Shown here: positions 11,986 to 25,460 of the stretch, piece by piece
Position numbering within the stretch: the stretch's first letter is position 1
Layout: every line of letters starts with the position of its first letter
Assembly (NCBI RefSeq): GCF_023055435.1
Contig: NW_025963890.1
Span: 37,200,001-37,264,000 of the forward strand
DNA length: 64,000 nt
Origin: Haliotis rufescens
Lineage: Eukaryota
Direction: 5' to 3'
The notes under the pieces: generated by a model
Database searches by the model: none
The model's input: the letters and a program-made list of their open reading frames with translations, nothing else
What the model was told of the DNA's origin: nothing
Program-made: the position numbers and the translations under genes

Positions 11986-12574
11986 ATAAACTTGCGTAAC
12001 TGGTTTTCGTCTGTCTTCAGTTTGTTCATCTTTGAACTAATTCCGCCCTTTAGATTTCTTAAGCTCTTCTTAATGCTTGATTCAAGACGATTCTGCTTCA
12101 AAGATATTGATCATGTCACGATGGAACCTTTTTTTCAAATGTACGTAAAAATCCAAATTTCATTATACATATTGTTTTCAACCGCTTAAAGATACCACCC
12201 AACTTTATTTTGACGATTATCAAAATGACCTCAATTTTACCCATGAGCAAAAGGGTTGGGAAATCAATTGCATATTTAGTGAAGTCAGCATTATGTCTTT
12301 TAGGACGGAAACGGGCTTTCGATTAAACGCTTTGATCGACGGAAAAACAACATTTGTGATTGATTCATTTCTCTGATTCTTTTTGTTCCAAAATGTCTTC
12401 ATTTTGTATTAATCTTTATTCGAATGATGACATTTCTTCAAATTTGTTTTTCGTTTGGATTGAAGGCAAGCTTCAATTAATATATGAAATAAGTTCAAAT
12501 TGGAAATATATTTCTCAAGCCTAAATTAATAGTCTTTGTGCTAATTGGTACAGAGGAGAAAATGATAACGAAGA

Positions 12575-13142
12575 GGTTATATCCCATTAGTTAGACGTCC
12601 CATTAGTTAGACGTCCCAATTGTTAGACATGTTTATTTCGGCAAAGAGGGAATATACCTACAGGTGTAATGGATCAGTCCTAATTAGATTAAAGTACTGA
12701 GTAGGGATAGGGGACTCACAGTTTAGGGAGTATATATGTTATAATTTCGTTTAATTAACCTAAATTACCTTACTCTATGCACACGTTCAATAGGCATGAG
12801 ATTAACTATGTAAACTATGGAGTAGCTTAATTGTCTTAATGTATGATCAATTGAAGGAGTTGAGTTTGAGATAAATAAACTGTAAAAGTTATTAAATGTA
12901 AAGTGTCACAAAGTGTTGTTACAAACTGTATAAAATTTATCAAATGTAAAGTGTCATTAAATGTTAAGCATAATATTAAAGTATCTATTTAAAGCTGCTT
13001 TGCTTTGTTTGTCAGATCTTATCTGGACTATTCCATTTTAAAGTCTGAGGTAACAAGCACAAGGATTAGTGTGCACTCAACCGTTTAAAGTGTTGTTATA
13101 AGCTGTCTAACTATTGGGACGTCTAACTAATGGGAGGACACC
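12575..13142. mobile_element. Non-autonomous DNA transposon (MITE) with subterminal 16-bp tandem motifs, GG...CC ends and ~8-bp TSD
   Basis: cccattagttagacgt repeats at the left end and their inverse at 13104-13134; flanks aacgaaga (12567-12574) and aacgagga (13143-13150). Confidence 0.7.
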
Positions 13143-14780
13143 AACGAGGAACTATAAAACGTCAAGGCCGGTCTTGATTATCCTCCAAAACAGATTCCAC
13201 GGGGCGTAAAAGACGGTAGGGTGGATAACCCAAATCAGTGATGACACCAGGTGTTCACGAATGATGTTGAGGTTATATTCTTTTAATCTGCACATAATGT
13301 TTTCAAATATACACCTGGACTAAGCACCACTCTTATACTTTCAAATGTCCGGGACTTTCCTGTATCAGTTGATAATATATCTACATATGACATTGGTCTC
13401 ATTTTGAAAAATATGTAAGTTGCGACTAGTATCTGCAGAGACATTGTGTGTTTCTCCGGGAGGTCGAAGGTACAGGGTCGTATGATGCTAAGACGCTTAA
13501 GCACAGGAAGCTTTTGAAATGGTAGCCAAATAATTACCCATTGCAATCATATTATGTCATATCACATAATAATGCATTTTACCCGAAATCATTTGGTACT
13601 TGATACACACACTGTATTTACGATGAATGATAATTTAACCATTTTAAACTCGGGACTTTTGGCAAGAACCAACCAAAGACTACCTCCTTAAGTGTATTAA
13701 TGCCAAAATGAATGTCGTATGTAACTTTCAAACTATTGCGAGTATTATTTCAGGTTTTATATTTCAATATCAGTTTGTCACTTGCAAATGTGTTCCATCA
13801 GAAAGTTAATACATTATACGGTTTACATATATGGCTATTTGATGTGAAATAATATAGGAGTAATGCTTAACTTTTATTCACAGTATCACATTTACATTTT
13901 CGGAACATAACTGGTTGAATATAGTAATAAGTTTATTATTTATCATATAGCTTTTATTCCATTTATGTATAACATATAATATAATAATTTCTCTTTGAAG
14001 TGCCTCAATGAATCCCTATAGAATCCGTGTGGGGTTTGTGGTGAGAAACTCTCTTGTTGTTGTAGGCATTCTTTTACATTATATTTCAAGTCAAACATCA
14101 TGGCTGCATAACATTATAAATCTGGTGCTTTTAAGTTTTCTCTAATGGAGTTTATATTCTAGATGTATCCAACCAAGTATTAATTTACTGAGCTCCATCA
14201 AACAATTTTTACGTTTGAGCGTTTTCCACACAACCCCCACCCCCTCTCTCATCAAGGAACCAAATAGATCTTTTAATATTATGATCTTATATAATATATG
14301 TTTTTGTGAAAAAGATAAAATGTAGTATCTACATTAAACAATGAGGGTATACAATTTGTACCAATATCACAATGTAAGTTAATGCCAATCTGCTGAAGCT
14401 CACATGTAGAAGTCAATGTCATATCGACAACACACACATACTGATGAACAAACAGCTTCGTCTGTTCACTCTTTTCGTACTTTTACAACTTTACAACATA
14501 ATTCGACATACATTATCAACTGAAATTGTGTCAATCTACTGAAGCTTACATTTTGAAGTTAAGGTCTTAACACAAGATATATGTTTGTCAAAACACCCAG
14601 AGAAGACATACATTGTTGACAAACTGATCAATCTGTTCAATGTGTTCCTATCGTTGTTATGGTTCCATTATTTTTCGAAATACAATATACAATGATACAC
14701 ATTATTCCCAATATCAAGTTGGTTCGGTGTCATTAAATATCATATTCGGATTTGAAAGTGAGAATATCATTCGAAGTAAA

Positions 14781-14954
14781 TGAGTGAGTGAGTTGGGCTT
14801 GACGACGCTTTTAACAGTATTCGAGTTACATCAGTGCGTGTCAGCTTCATGTGGAGGAAAGCCTGAAGTGATGCAGTTCTAAAACGTTAAGGTGAAACCC
14901 AAGAGCACGGGTATGGTGCTGACAAACCTAGAAACATAATCGGGGCGCACCGGG
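14781..14954 (-). mobile_element. SINE family B 3' part
   Basis: Reverse complement matches the family B body and tail. Confidence 0.7.
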
Positions 14955-15169
14955 AAGTAAATGAACACTGAGCTGAACAATATAGGTCATGAAAATACCA
15001 CTAGACATAAGAACATTATTCTTATCCCTTTTAACAAAATGAGTGTCATGATGGGGGTAAAATAACGCTAAATCTATGTTTTAAAACTTTGCCAGCAAGT
15101 ACATTGATGAATGAACGAGAAGAGACCAGCTTTAGTGTGGTCTGTAATTAGTCCAGACTTGATACTGAC

Positions 15170-15675
15170 TTGACTCAAATGACCCCGCAGACATTATCGT
15201 TCTAAAACCTATAACTGCCGAGTTGACTCAAATGACCCCGCAGACATTATCGTTCTAAAACCTATAACTGCCGAGTTGACTCAAATGACCCCGCAGACAT
15301 TATCGTTCTAAAACCTATAACTGCCGAGTTGACTCAAATGACCCCGCAGACATTTCGTTCTATAACCTATAACTGCCGAGTTGACTCAAATGACCCCGCA
15401 GACATTATCGTTCTATAACCTATAACTGCCGAGTTGACTCAAATGACCCCGCAGACATTATCGTTCTAAAACCTATAACTGCCGAGTTGACTCAAATTAC
15501 CCCGCAGATATTATCGTTCTATAACCTATAACTGCCGAGTTGACTCAAATGACCCCGCGGACATTATCGTTCTATAGCCTTTAACTGCCGAGTTGACTCA
15601 AATGACCCCAGAGATATTACTCTATAACCTATAACTGCCGAGTTGACTCAAATGACCCCGCAGACATTATCGTTC
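15170..15675. repeat. 53-bp minisatellite (ttgactcaaatgaccccgcagacattatcgttctaaaacctataactgccgag), ~9.5 copies
   Basis: Highly homogeneous tandem units in R-spondin intron 1. Confidence 0.97.
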
Positions 15676-16494
15676 ATTGTCAATTAAATCAAACTTTACA
15701 GAAAACTGTGTTTTGAGGATCTAAAAATATTTTCAACGATCCAATTGACAACGGTTATATTTATTCATATTCATTATTGCGTCGTACAGTCAACCACCTA
15801 TTTTGTTTGTTAGATTACAGGTAACTAATTCCGTTAGTTGTTTCAGTAGGGCATTGTACATACAGCCTTACAGATCAGAATGCACAGGCGAAGTCGCAAC
15901 AAACTCCTGTGTACAATCCTATGGCCTTGTCATGCCAGTCTGGTTCATGTGAGAATATTACCAGTCAAGATGATTTTGTAATGTAGTGTTTAAATTAGAG
16001 GGTTAATTGATCTTGATGTTAATAGAGTTTCTATGTGTGACCCTCCTACAAAGATTCATCACTGTAAGTAGGAAGTAGTGAAAAGTCAAAGTATTCATAA
16101 AAGCCAGAAATATTCCATGACACAGACGTGGGCTGTTTTAAAAAAGAGTACGGATCTTACACGTACTGAGAGCATACAGTCGAGGGGCCAGGCGTGCATG
16201 GTCGAACCACAGTGCACGTCGTGACTCATTTCTGAAATATCGGTTGAAACACTCAACTGGCGTTAACACTTAAGTGGTTTTAAAACTTGAACCTTGTATT
16301 CTGGATTTTGGGACGCAGAACTGTTTTAACCTTTTTATTATACTTTCTGAAACAATTTTAACACACAACCGAAGCAACATCACTGATACGACACCTAAAA
16401 TTTGTATTGACAATCGACCCAGAAAGAAAACTTAAAGGATTTCAGGGGTAGAGTTGGTCTCCAGCAGCATATGCTTGTCGGAAGACATAACATA

Positions 16495-18500
16495 TAAACC
16501 GAGATGTACTGACTTCATCTGACCTGACACCCCATATATATAGACATGTGCTGACTTCATCTGACCTGACACACCATGTAAACACGGATGTGCTGACTTC
16601 ATCTGACCTGACACAATATATACAGAGACGTGCTGACTTCATCTGACCTGACACCATATATACAGAGATGTCCTGGCTTCATCTGACCTGACACACCATA
16701 TATACAGAGATTTCCTGGCTTCATATGACCTGACACCATATATACAGAGATGTACTGACTTCATCTGACCTGACACACCATATATACAGAGATGTCCTGA
16801 CTTCATCTGACCTGACACACCATATATACAGAGACGTGCTGACTTCATCTGACCTGACACCATATATACAGATAAGTACTGACTTCATCTGACCTGACAC
16901 ACCATATATACAGAGATGTACTGACTTCATCTGACTTGACACTATATATATACAGAGATGTACTGACTTTATCTGACCTGACACCATATATATACAGAGA
17001 TGTACTGACTTCATCTGACCTGACACTATATATATACAGAGATGTACTGACTTCATCTGACCTGACACACCATATATACAGAGATTTCCTGGCTTCATCT
17101 GACCTGACACCTTATATATACAGAGATGTACTGACTTCATCTGACCTGACACAATATATACAGAGATGTACTGACTTCATCTGACCTGACACCATATATA
17201 CAGAGATGTACTGACTTCATCTGACCTGACACACCATATATACAGAGATATCCTGACTTCATCTGACCTAACACCATATATACAGAGACGTGCTGACTTC
17301 ATCTAACCTGACACCATATATACAGAGATGTCCTGGCTTCATCTGTCCTGACACACCATATATACAGAGATGTACTGACTTCATCTGACCTGACACACCA
17401 TATATACAGAGATTTCCTGGCTTCATCTGACCTGACACCATATATACAGAGATGTACTGACTTCATCTGACCTGACACACCATATATACAGAGATGTACT
17501 GACTTCATCTGACCTGACACACCATATATACAGAGATGTACTGACTTTATCTGACCTGACACCATATATATACAGAGATGTACTGACTTCATCTGACCTG
17601 ACACTATATATATACAGAGATGTACTGACTTCATCTGACCTGACACCATATATATACAGAGATGTACTGACTTCATCTGACCTGACACACCATATATACA
17701 GAGATGTACTGACTTCATCTGAGCTGACACTATATATATACAGAGATGTACTGACTTTATCTGACCTGACACTATATATATATACAGAGATGTACTGACT
17801 TCATCTGCCCTGACACTATATATATACAGAGATGTACTGACTTCATCTGACCTGACACACCATATATACAGAGATGTCCTGGCTTCATCTGACCTGACAC
17901 ACCATATATACAGGGACGTGCTGACTTCATCTGACCTGATACAATATATATACAGATATGTACTGACTTCATCTGATCTGACACAATATATATATATACA
18001 GAGATGTACTGACTTCATCTGACCTGACACAATATATATACAGAGATGTACTGACTTCATCTGACCTGACACACCATATATACAGAGATGTACTGACTTC
18101 ATCTGACCTGACACAATATATATACAGAGACGTACTGACTTCATCTGACCTGACACACCATATATACAGAGATGTACTGACTTCATCTGACCTGACACAC
18201 CATATATACAGAGATGTCCTGACTTCATCTGACCTGACACACCATATATACAGAGACGTGCTGACTTCATCTGACCTGACACCATATATACAGAGATGTA
18301 CCGACTTCATCTGACCTGACACCATATATACAGAGATGTCCTGACTTCATCTGATCTGACACAATATATATACAGAGATGTACTGACTTCATCTGATCTG
18401 ACACAATATATATATACAGAGATGTACTGACTTCATCTGATCTGACACATAAACAGAGATGTCCTGACTTCAACTGACCTGACACAATATATATACATAC
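16495..18500. repeat. ~40-46-bp minisatellite (gatgtactgacttcatctgacctgacacaccatatatacaga)
   Basis: Unit length varies through an internal (AT)n/(CA)n tract; the array abuts the exon 1 donor. Confidence 0.96.
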
Positions 18501-18514
18501 AGATATTTACTTAC

Positions 18515-19766
18515 TTCGCCTTGATCTAGCTTTTGGAGCGCCTGCCTTAAGGATGTTCGTAATTAGATCGCCCAGATCTGCAGGTCTCGCAGACTGGTGT
18601 GCAGTTGTAAATGTCCACGTTGGGTCTGCCATCATGTCTGTAAAAATGTCTTGGTCGACAACTATGTGTGTGTCTCTCCTCGCTCGGGGCAAAATCACTC
18701 TACTTGATTTAGACTTAACTTGGATCATTAGATGTCCCAAAGTCTGCCCCTCCTCTGCCACATGTCCCAGTGGTCCTGTCTGTACCTCCTGTACCAGATG
18801 TCCCACTGGGCCTGTCTGTTCCTCCTCTACAAGATGTCCCAGTGAGCTTATCTGTCCCTCCTCTACCAGATGTCCCAGTGAGCCTGTCTGCCCCTCCTGT
18901 TCCAGATGTCCCATTAGGCCTCTTTGTCTCTCCTCTATCAGATGTCCCAGTTGGCCTGTCTTTCCCTCCTCTACCAGATGTCCAAGTGGGCCTGTCTCTC
19001 CCTCCTGTACCAGATGTCCCAGTGGGCCTCTCTGTCCCTCGGCTACCAGATGTCCCAGTGGTTCTGTCTGTGCCTCCTGTACCAGATGTCCCAGTGGGCC
19101 TGTCTGCCTCTCCTCTACCAGATGTCTCAGTGGTCCTGTCTGTTCCCCCTGTACCAGATGTCCCAGTGGTCCTGTCTTCCCCCCCTCTACCAGATGTCCC
19201 AGTGGTCCTGTCTGCCCCTCCTCTACCAGATGTCCCAGTGGTCCCGTCTGTCCCTCCTCTACCAGATGTCCCAGTGGTCCCGTCTGCCCCTCCTCTACCA
19301 GATGTCCCAGTGGTCCTGTCTGCCCCTCCTCTACCAGATGTCCCAGTGGTCCTGTCTGCCCCTCCTCTACCAGATGTCCCAGTTGTCCTGTCTGTTCCTC
19401 CTGTACCAGATGTCCCAGTGGTCCTGTCTGTTCCTCCTCTACCAGATGTCCCAGTGGTCCTGTCTGTTCCTCCTGTACCAGATGTCCCAGTGGTCCTGTC
19501 TGTTCCTCCTCTACCAGATGTCCCAGTTGTCCTGTCTGTTCCTCCTCTACGAGATGTCCCAGTTGTCCTGTCTGCCCCTCCTCTACCAGATGTCCCAGTG
19601 GGCCTGTCTGTCCCTCCTCTACCAGATGTCCCAGTTGTCCTGTTTGTTCCTCCTGTACCAGATGGCCCAGTGGGCCTGTCTGTCCTTCTATTTCTAAAAG
19701 TCCCGATGTGTCTGTCTGTCCCAGAACGGTCAGATATACACACACGACAGCTAGAAGCAAGTGCAT
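18515..19766 (-). CDS. RSPO: R-spondin exon 1: signal peptide, ~26 x 12-aa acidic repeat (GQTGPLGHLVEE) and linker with RARR and RSRR sites
   Basis: ATG at 19766 followed by hydrophobic MHLLLAVVCVYLTVLG; the frame stays open for 417 codons to a strong A|gtaagt donor (18514) in phase 1, matching the FU1 exon. Confidence 0.72.
18730..19690. repeat. 36-bp coding minisatellite inside R-spondin exon 1
   Basis: Units such as ccagatgtcccagtggtcctgtctgcccctcctcta; no frame-breaking indels. Confidence 0.95.
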
Positions 19767-20169
19767 AACGAGGTCCTAGGATCACTCGCAGCCCATGGGT
19801 CGGGCTAAACACTCCTAGTTTCTCAGGGCATTTACTTCTCTTCAAACTCCAAACAGGTACGCTAGGCACATCACGGTTATGACATCAACTGTAGCGTGTG
19901 AAATGATACACTAGTCGTACACATAATCACCCTCAGCTTCACGGCTCTAAGTGCGCCAGCAGGGAGGTCGGCCCACCAGATTGACTGTGACAGCCCGCAT
20001 ACCCGACTAACGTCGTCACTCTTGCTTTTAGCATTTTCCACATAAGACATATTTATAATCGACACATCTTTCATGCACGATCGCAGATGGGATAACTCGA
20101 ACCTTGTCCCGTATTTAAAGGTAAGACAATTGGTTACAGGCAGTATGAGTGGAGGTATGTTGAGGGTTA

Positions 20170-20268
20170 AAGTGACGTGTTGAAGTGATGTGTTGAAGTG
20201 ATGTGTTGTAGTGATGTGTTGAAGTGATGTGTTGTAGTGATGTGTTGAAGTGATGTGTTGTAGTGAGG
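20170..20268. repeat. 13-bp tandem repeat (gtgatgtgttgaa/gta)
   Basis: Directly visible. Confidence 0.85.
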
Positions 20269-20687
20269 TGAGGCTGTTGGTGGAACCAAAGCTTAGAAAG
20301 GGATAACCGGGTGTGGGATTGTTTAGAACTTGTTGATGAGTAGGGATTCCCTTTTTGGGATACTTTTGGGTTGTGGTTGCTTTTGGGAAAATCGCGAGGC
20401 GAGGGTGATGCAATCACTGAATTCCCTGAAGCCAGTATTCTGAGCACATACCAACAGGCACATCGTCCTGTAGGGTCTCTTGTAGTCGCAGAGATTATCT
20501 CTGCTGTCTTGCGGTGGGCCTTGTGGCATCCGGATATATACTACTCAAAAGAAGTTAAAGAACACCCCATCCTTTCATATAACTATTGTTAATCTGTCAT
20601 GGAATAAAGGATTAACTATAGAAATTTGAAAGAATCGTGTTTTCTTTAACTTCTTTTGAGTAGTATATATTTGACTGATTAAAAATA

Positions 20688-21150
20688 CAGGTGTGTTCTG
20701 TTATGGGGTATGATTAGGAATACGGGTGTGTTGTGTTATGGGGTATCCAGATAGGGGTGTGTTGTGTTATGAGTATCCAGATACGGACATGTTGTGTTAT
20801 GGAGCATCAAGATATGGGTGTGTTGTGTTATTGGTATCTAGATACGGACGTGTTGTGTTATGGAGCATCAAGATACGGGTGTGTTGTGTCATGATTTATC
20901 CAGATATGAGTGTGTTGTGTTAGGGGGTATCCGGATACGGATGTGTTGTGTTATGGAGCATCAAGATACGGGTGTGTTGTGTCATGAGGTATCCAGATAC
21001 GAGTATGTTGTGTTATGGGGTATCCAAATACGGATGTGTTGTGTTATGGGGCATCAAGATTTGGGTGTGTTGTATCATGAGGTATCCAGATACGAGTGTG
21101 TTGTGTTATTGGTATCCAGATATCCAGATGGTTTGTTATTGAGTGTCCAG
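20688..21150. repeat. ~32-bp tandem repeat (gtgttgtgttatggggtatccagatacgg...)
   Basis: Directly visible. Confidence 0.9.
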
Positions 21151-21454
21151 TTACGGGTTATATTATATTCTATTTTCGGCAGTAGACACAGACCAGCAAG
21201 TATATACCTCCAGTAGCCGCGGGCACGAGGTTGTAGATGGGCGGTAATAACGCGCTTATCTGATGTCGTCGCAAGTCTCGCCTGTACACCAGCTCACACA
21301 CGCCCCCCAGGCAGGTAAACACACAGAGTCATTAAATAACATGGTTGGAATAAAGTGATCAGTGTAGCAGCCATGTTTATTAACACTACACTGTTAGGAG
21401 ATGTTCGAGACAATTACAGTCTTCGTTACATATTGGTTCAACACTGACACCTCG

Positions 21455-22140
21455 TTTCAGTTGTTGTGTACATGGGGTAACTCCTTAAGTCACAGTGGCT
21501 ATGTACAAGGTATAAAACCTTAAGTCTCACTTGCTGCGTACATGGTATAACATCTCAGTCTCAGTGGTTATTTACAAGATGCAACAGCTTAAGTCACAGT
21601 TGTTGTGTTCAAGGTATAACTCCATAATTCTCAGTTGCTGTGTACAAAGTATAACATCTTAAGTCCCAGTGGCTATTTACAAGATGAAACAGCTTAAGTC
21701 TCAGTTGTTGTGTACAATGTATAACTCCATAAGTCTCAGTTGCTGTGTACAAAGTATAACTCCTTAAGTCTCAGTTGCTATGTACAATGTATAACATCTT
21801 AAGTCTCAGTTGCTATGTACAAGGTATAACTCCTTATGTCTCAGTTGTTGTGTACAAGGTATAACTCCTTAAGTCTCAGTTGCTTTGTACAATGTATAAC
21901 ATCTTAAGTCTCAGTTGCTATGTACAAGGTATAACTCCTTAAGTCTCAGTTGCTGTGTACAAAGTATAACATCGTAAGTCTCCGTTGCTGTGTACAAAGT
22001 ATAACTCCTTAAGTCTCAGTTGCTGTGTACAAAGTATAACATCTTAAGTCTCCGTTGCTGTGTACAAAGTATAACATCTTAAGTCTCCGTTGCTGTGTAC
22101 AAAGTATAACATACAATGTACGAGGTATAACACCTTAGTC
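21455..22140. repeat. 35-36-bp tandem repeat (ttaagtctcagttgctgtgtacaaagtataactcc)
   Basis: Directly visible. Confidence 0.92.
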
Positions 22141-22204
22141 TCAATGGTTATGTAGTACAAGGAAATAATTCTTGTTTCAGTGGCAGTGCAATGCAAAGTA
22201 AATG

Positions 22205-23615
22205 TACATCATATTACACACTGGTCTCTAAGACTATGTAACACACGTCATATCACACCCTGGTCTCTAAGACTATGTAGCACACCTGGTCTCTAAGACT
22301 GTGTAGCACACGTCATATCACACTCTGGTATCTGAGACTATGTAACGTAAATCATATTACATCCTTGTCTCTAAGACTATGTAACATACATCATATTACA
22401 CAGTGGTCTCTGAGACTATTTATCATACATCATATTAGATCCTGGTCTCTAAGTCAATGTAACATACATCATATTACACTCTGGTCTCTAAAACTATGTA
22501 ACACACATCATATTACACCCTGGTCTCTAAGTCAATGTAACATACATCATATTACACTCTGGTCTCTAAGACTATGAAGCACACGTCATATCACACCCTG
22601 GTCTCTAAGACTATGTAGCACATCTGGTCTCTAAGAGCATGTAGCACACGTTATATCACACTCTGGTCTCTTAGACTATGTAGCACATCTGGTCTCTAAG
22701 ACTATGTAACATACATCATATCACACCCTGGTCTCTAAGACTATGTAGCACATCTGGTCTCTAAGACTATGTAACATACATCATATTACACTCTGGTCTC
22801 TAAGACTATGTAGCACACGTCATATCACACCCTGGTCTCTAAGACTATGTAACATACATCATATTACACTCTGGTCTCTAAGACTATGTAGCACACGTCA
22901 TATCACACCCTGGTCTCTAAGACTATGTAACATACATCATATTACACTCTGGTCTCTAAGACTATGTAGCACACGTCATATCACACCCTGGTCTCTAAGA
23001 CTATGTAACATACATCATATTACACTCTGGTCTCTAAGACTATGTAGCACACGTCATATCACACCCTGGTCTCTAAGACTATGTAACATACATCATATTA
23101 CACTCTGGTCTCTAAGACTATGTAGCACACGTCATATCACACCCTGGTCTCTAAGACTATGTAACATACATCATATTACACTCTGGTCTCTAAGACTATG
23201 TAACATACATCATATTACATCTGGTCTTTAGGACTATGTAGCACACGTCATATCACACCCTGGTCTCTAAGACTATGTAACATACATCATATTACACTCT
23301 GGTCTCTAAGACTATGTAGCACACGTCATATCACACCCTGGTCTCTAAGACTATGTAACATACATCATATTACACCCTGGTCTCTAAGACTATGTAACAT
23401 ACATCATATTACACACTGGTCTCTGAGACTATTTATCATACATCATATTAGATCCTGGTCTCTTAAACTATGTAACACACATCATATTACACCCTGGTCT
23501 CTAAGTCAGTGTAACATACCTCATATTACACCCTGGTCTCTAAGACCAGTAGCACATATCACATTACACCCCGGTCTCTATATCTATGAATCACACATCA
23601 TATTACACACTGGCC
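22205..23615. repeat. 39-bp tandem repeat (ctggtctctaagactatgtaacatacatcatattacact), partly alternating dimers
   Basis: Directly visible. Confidence 0.95.
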
Positions 23616-24129
23616 TATTATATCCTGATCTCAGGCGGGAACTATTCCACCCTCTGTGTGATAATGGCATGATATTAATCTGTCATGTTCGCTTTTATTT
23701 CTACCTATTTCCTCGCCAACAATTGCACACGACCCTGGTGTCCGTTTGTGTTTAGATTGAACTAAGTTTGGCATTGTTGTTGACTGTAATTACAGTATTA
23801 ACGTGGTGTCACGGTGTAGGGAAGAGAGGTGCGTGTTTATGTAACCTACTTGGGGGGTTCTTCACAAAGCACCTCTCAACTCCGGGGAACGCAGATTGGA
23901 GGTAGCAAAACGACAGATCATACTCAAAGGAAACACTAATTGTGATCGTGTTCCTAGTTTTCAAAGTGATATTTTGAAGCAAACATCAGCGCATCTTTAT
24001 GCAGTGTTTAAAGTGTTGTATTGGGTAGAAGATGGGTTCTATAAACTTTTAAAAGAATTTTTTATTATTGTAAAAATTACAATTCATTCAAATATATAAA
24101 TTTCTTCTTCTTCTTCTGACTGTAGATGA

Positions 24130-25460
24130 TTTGACGGTTAATACAGTTTGGAGAAGAGGGAATATAAGGGTAGCAAAACTACACAGTTTAGGATAGAGGG
24201 AATATAGGGGTAGCAAGAGTGACGGTTAACACAGTTTAGGGTAGAGGGAATATAGGTGTAGCAAGACTAATGGTTAACACAGTTTGGAGGAGAGGGAATA
24301 TAGGGACAGCAAGACTAAAGGTTAACACAGTTTGGGGTAGAAGGAATGTAGGCGTAGGAAGACTAACGGTTAACACAGTTTGAGGGAATGGGAATATAGG
24401 GGTAGCTGGACGGACGGTTAACACAGTTTGGAGGAGAGGGCATATAGGTATAGCAAGACTGACGGTTAACATAGTTTGGGGGAGAGGGAATATAGATATA
24501 GCAAGACTGACGGTCAACACAGTTCAGGGTAGAGGGAATATAGGGGTAGCAAGAGTAACGGTTAACACAGTTTGGAGGAGAGGGAAAATAGGTGTAGCAA
24601 GACTGGCGGTTAACACAGTTTGGAGGAGAGGGCATATAGGTATAGCAAGACTGACGGTTAACATAGTTTGGGGGAGAGGGAATATAGATATAGCAAGACT
24701 GACGGTCAACACAGTTCAGGGTAGAGGGAATATAGGGGTAGCAAGTGTAACGGTTAACATAGTTTGGAGGAGAGGGAATATAGGTGTAGCAAAACTGACG
24801 GTTAACACAGTTTAGGGTAGAGGGAATATAAGGGTAGCAAGAGTAACGGTAAACACAGTTTGGAGGAGAGGGAATATACGGGTAGCAGGACACGGTTAAC
24901 ACAGTTTGGAGGAGAGGGAATTTAGGGATAGCAGGACCAACGGTTAACACAGTTTGGAGGAGAGGGAATATACGGGTAGCAGGACGGACGGTTAACACAA
25001 TTTAGGGTAGAGGGAATATAAGGGTAGCAAGACTGACGGTTAACACAGTTAAGGGTAGAGGGAATATAGGGGTAGCAAGACTGACGGTTAACACAGTTAA
25101 GGGTAGAGGGATTATAGGGGTAGCAAGACTGACGGTTGACACAGTTTGGGGGAGAGGGAATATAGAGGTAGCAAGACTGACGGTGAACACAGTTTGAGGG
25201 TGTGGGAATGTAGAGGTAGCAAGACTGACGGTGAACACAGTTTGAGGGTGTGGGAATGTAGAGGTAGCAAGACTGACGATGAACACAGTTTGAGGGTGTG
25301 GGAATATAGGGGTAGCAAGACTGACGGTTGACACAGTTTGGGGGAGAGGGATCAAGGGGTAGCCAGACTGACGGTTAACACAGTTTAGGGTTGAGGGATC
25401 AAGGGGTAGCCAGATTGACAAGTAACACAGTTTGAGGTTGTGGGAATATAGGAGTAGCAA
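24130..25460. repeat. ~48-bp tandem repeat (gacggttaacacagtttggaggagagggaatataggggtagcaagact)
   Basis: Directly visible. Confidence 0.93.

Larger units (their letters stand above)
4524..19766 (-). other. RSPO: R-spondin-like gene span (5 coding exons, ~654 aa)
   Basis: Exons 18515-19766, 11036-11227, 10203-10352, 9113-9295 and 4524-4711 join in frame through four phase-1 GT-AG introns. Domain order is signal peptide-FU1-FU2-TSP1-basic tail. Confidence 0.85.

Noticed and set aside
13270-13692. Possible Kolobok-type transposon end (ctacctcc-ttaa)
   Set aside because: No matching opposite terminus found.
18730-19690. Collagen triple helix in the RSPO repeat
   Set aside because: At most three consecutive Gly-X-Y triplets before VEE breaks the register.
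18553-19869. Overlapping ORFs (CPSGPVCPSSTR)n, (VPPLPDVPVVLS)n, (GTSGRGGTDRTT)n and (LLYQMSQWSCL)n
   Set aside because: Alternative frames of the same stop-poor 36-bp unit. Only the 19766 frame has an ATG, a signal peptide and a phase-compatible donor.
15170-25460. CRISPR-like regularly spaced repeats
   Set aside because: Head-to-tail tandem units without unique spacers; eukaryotic context and no cas genes.
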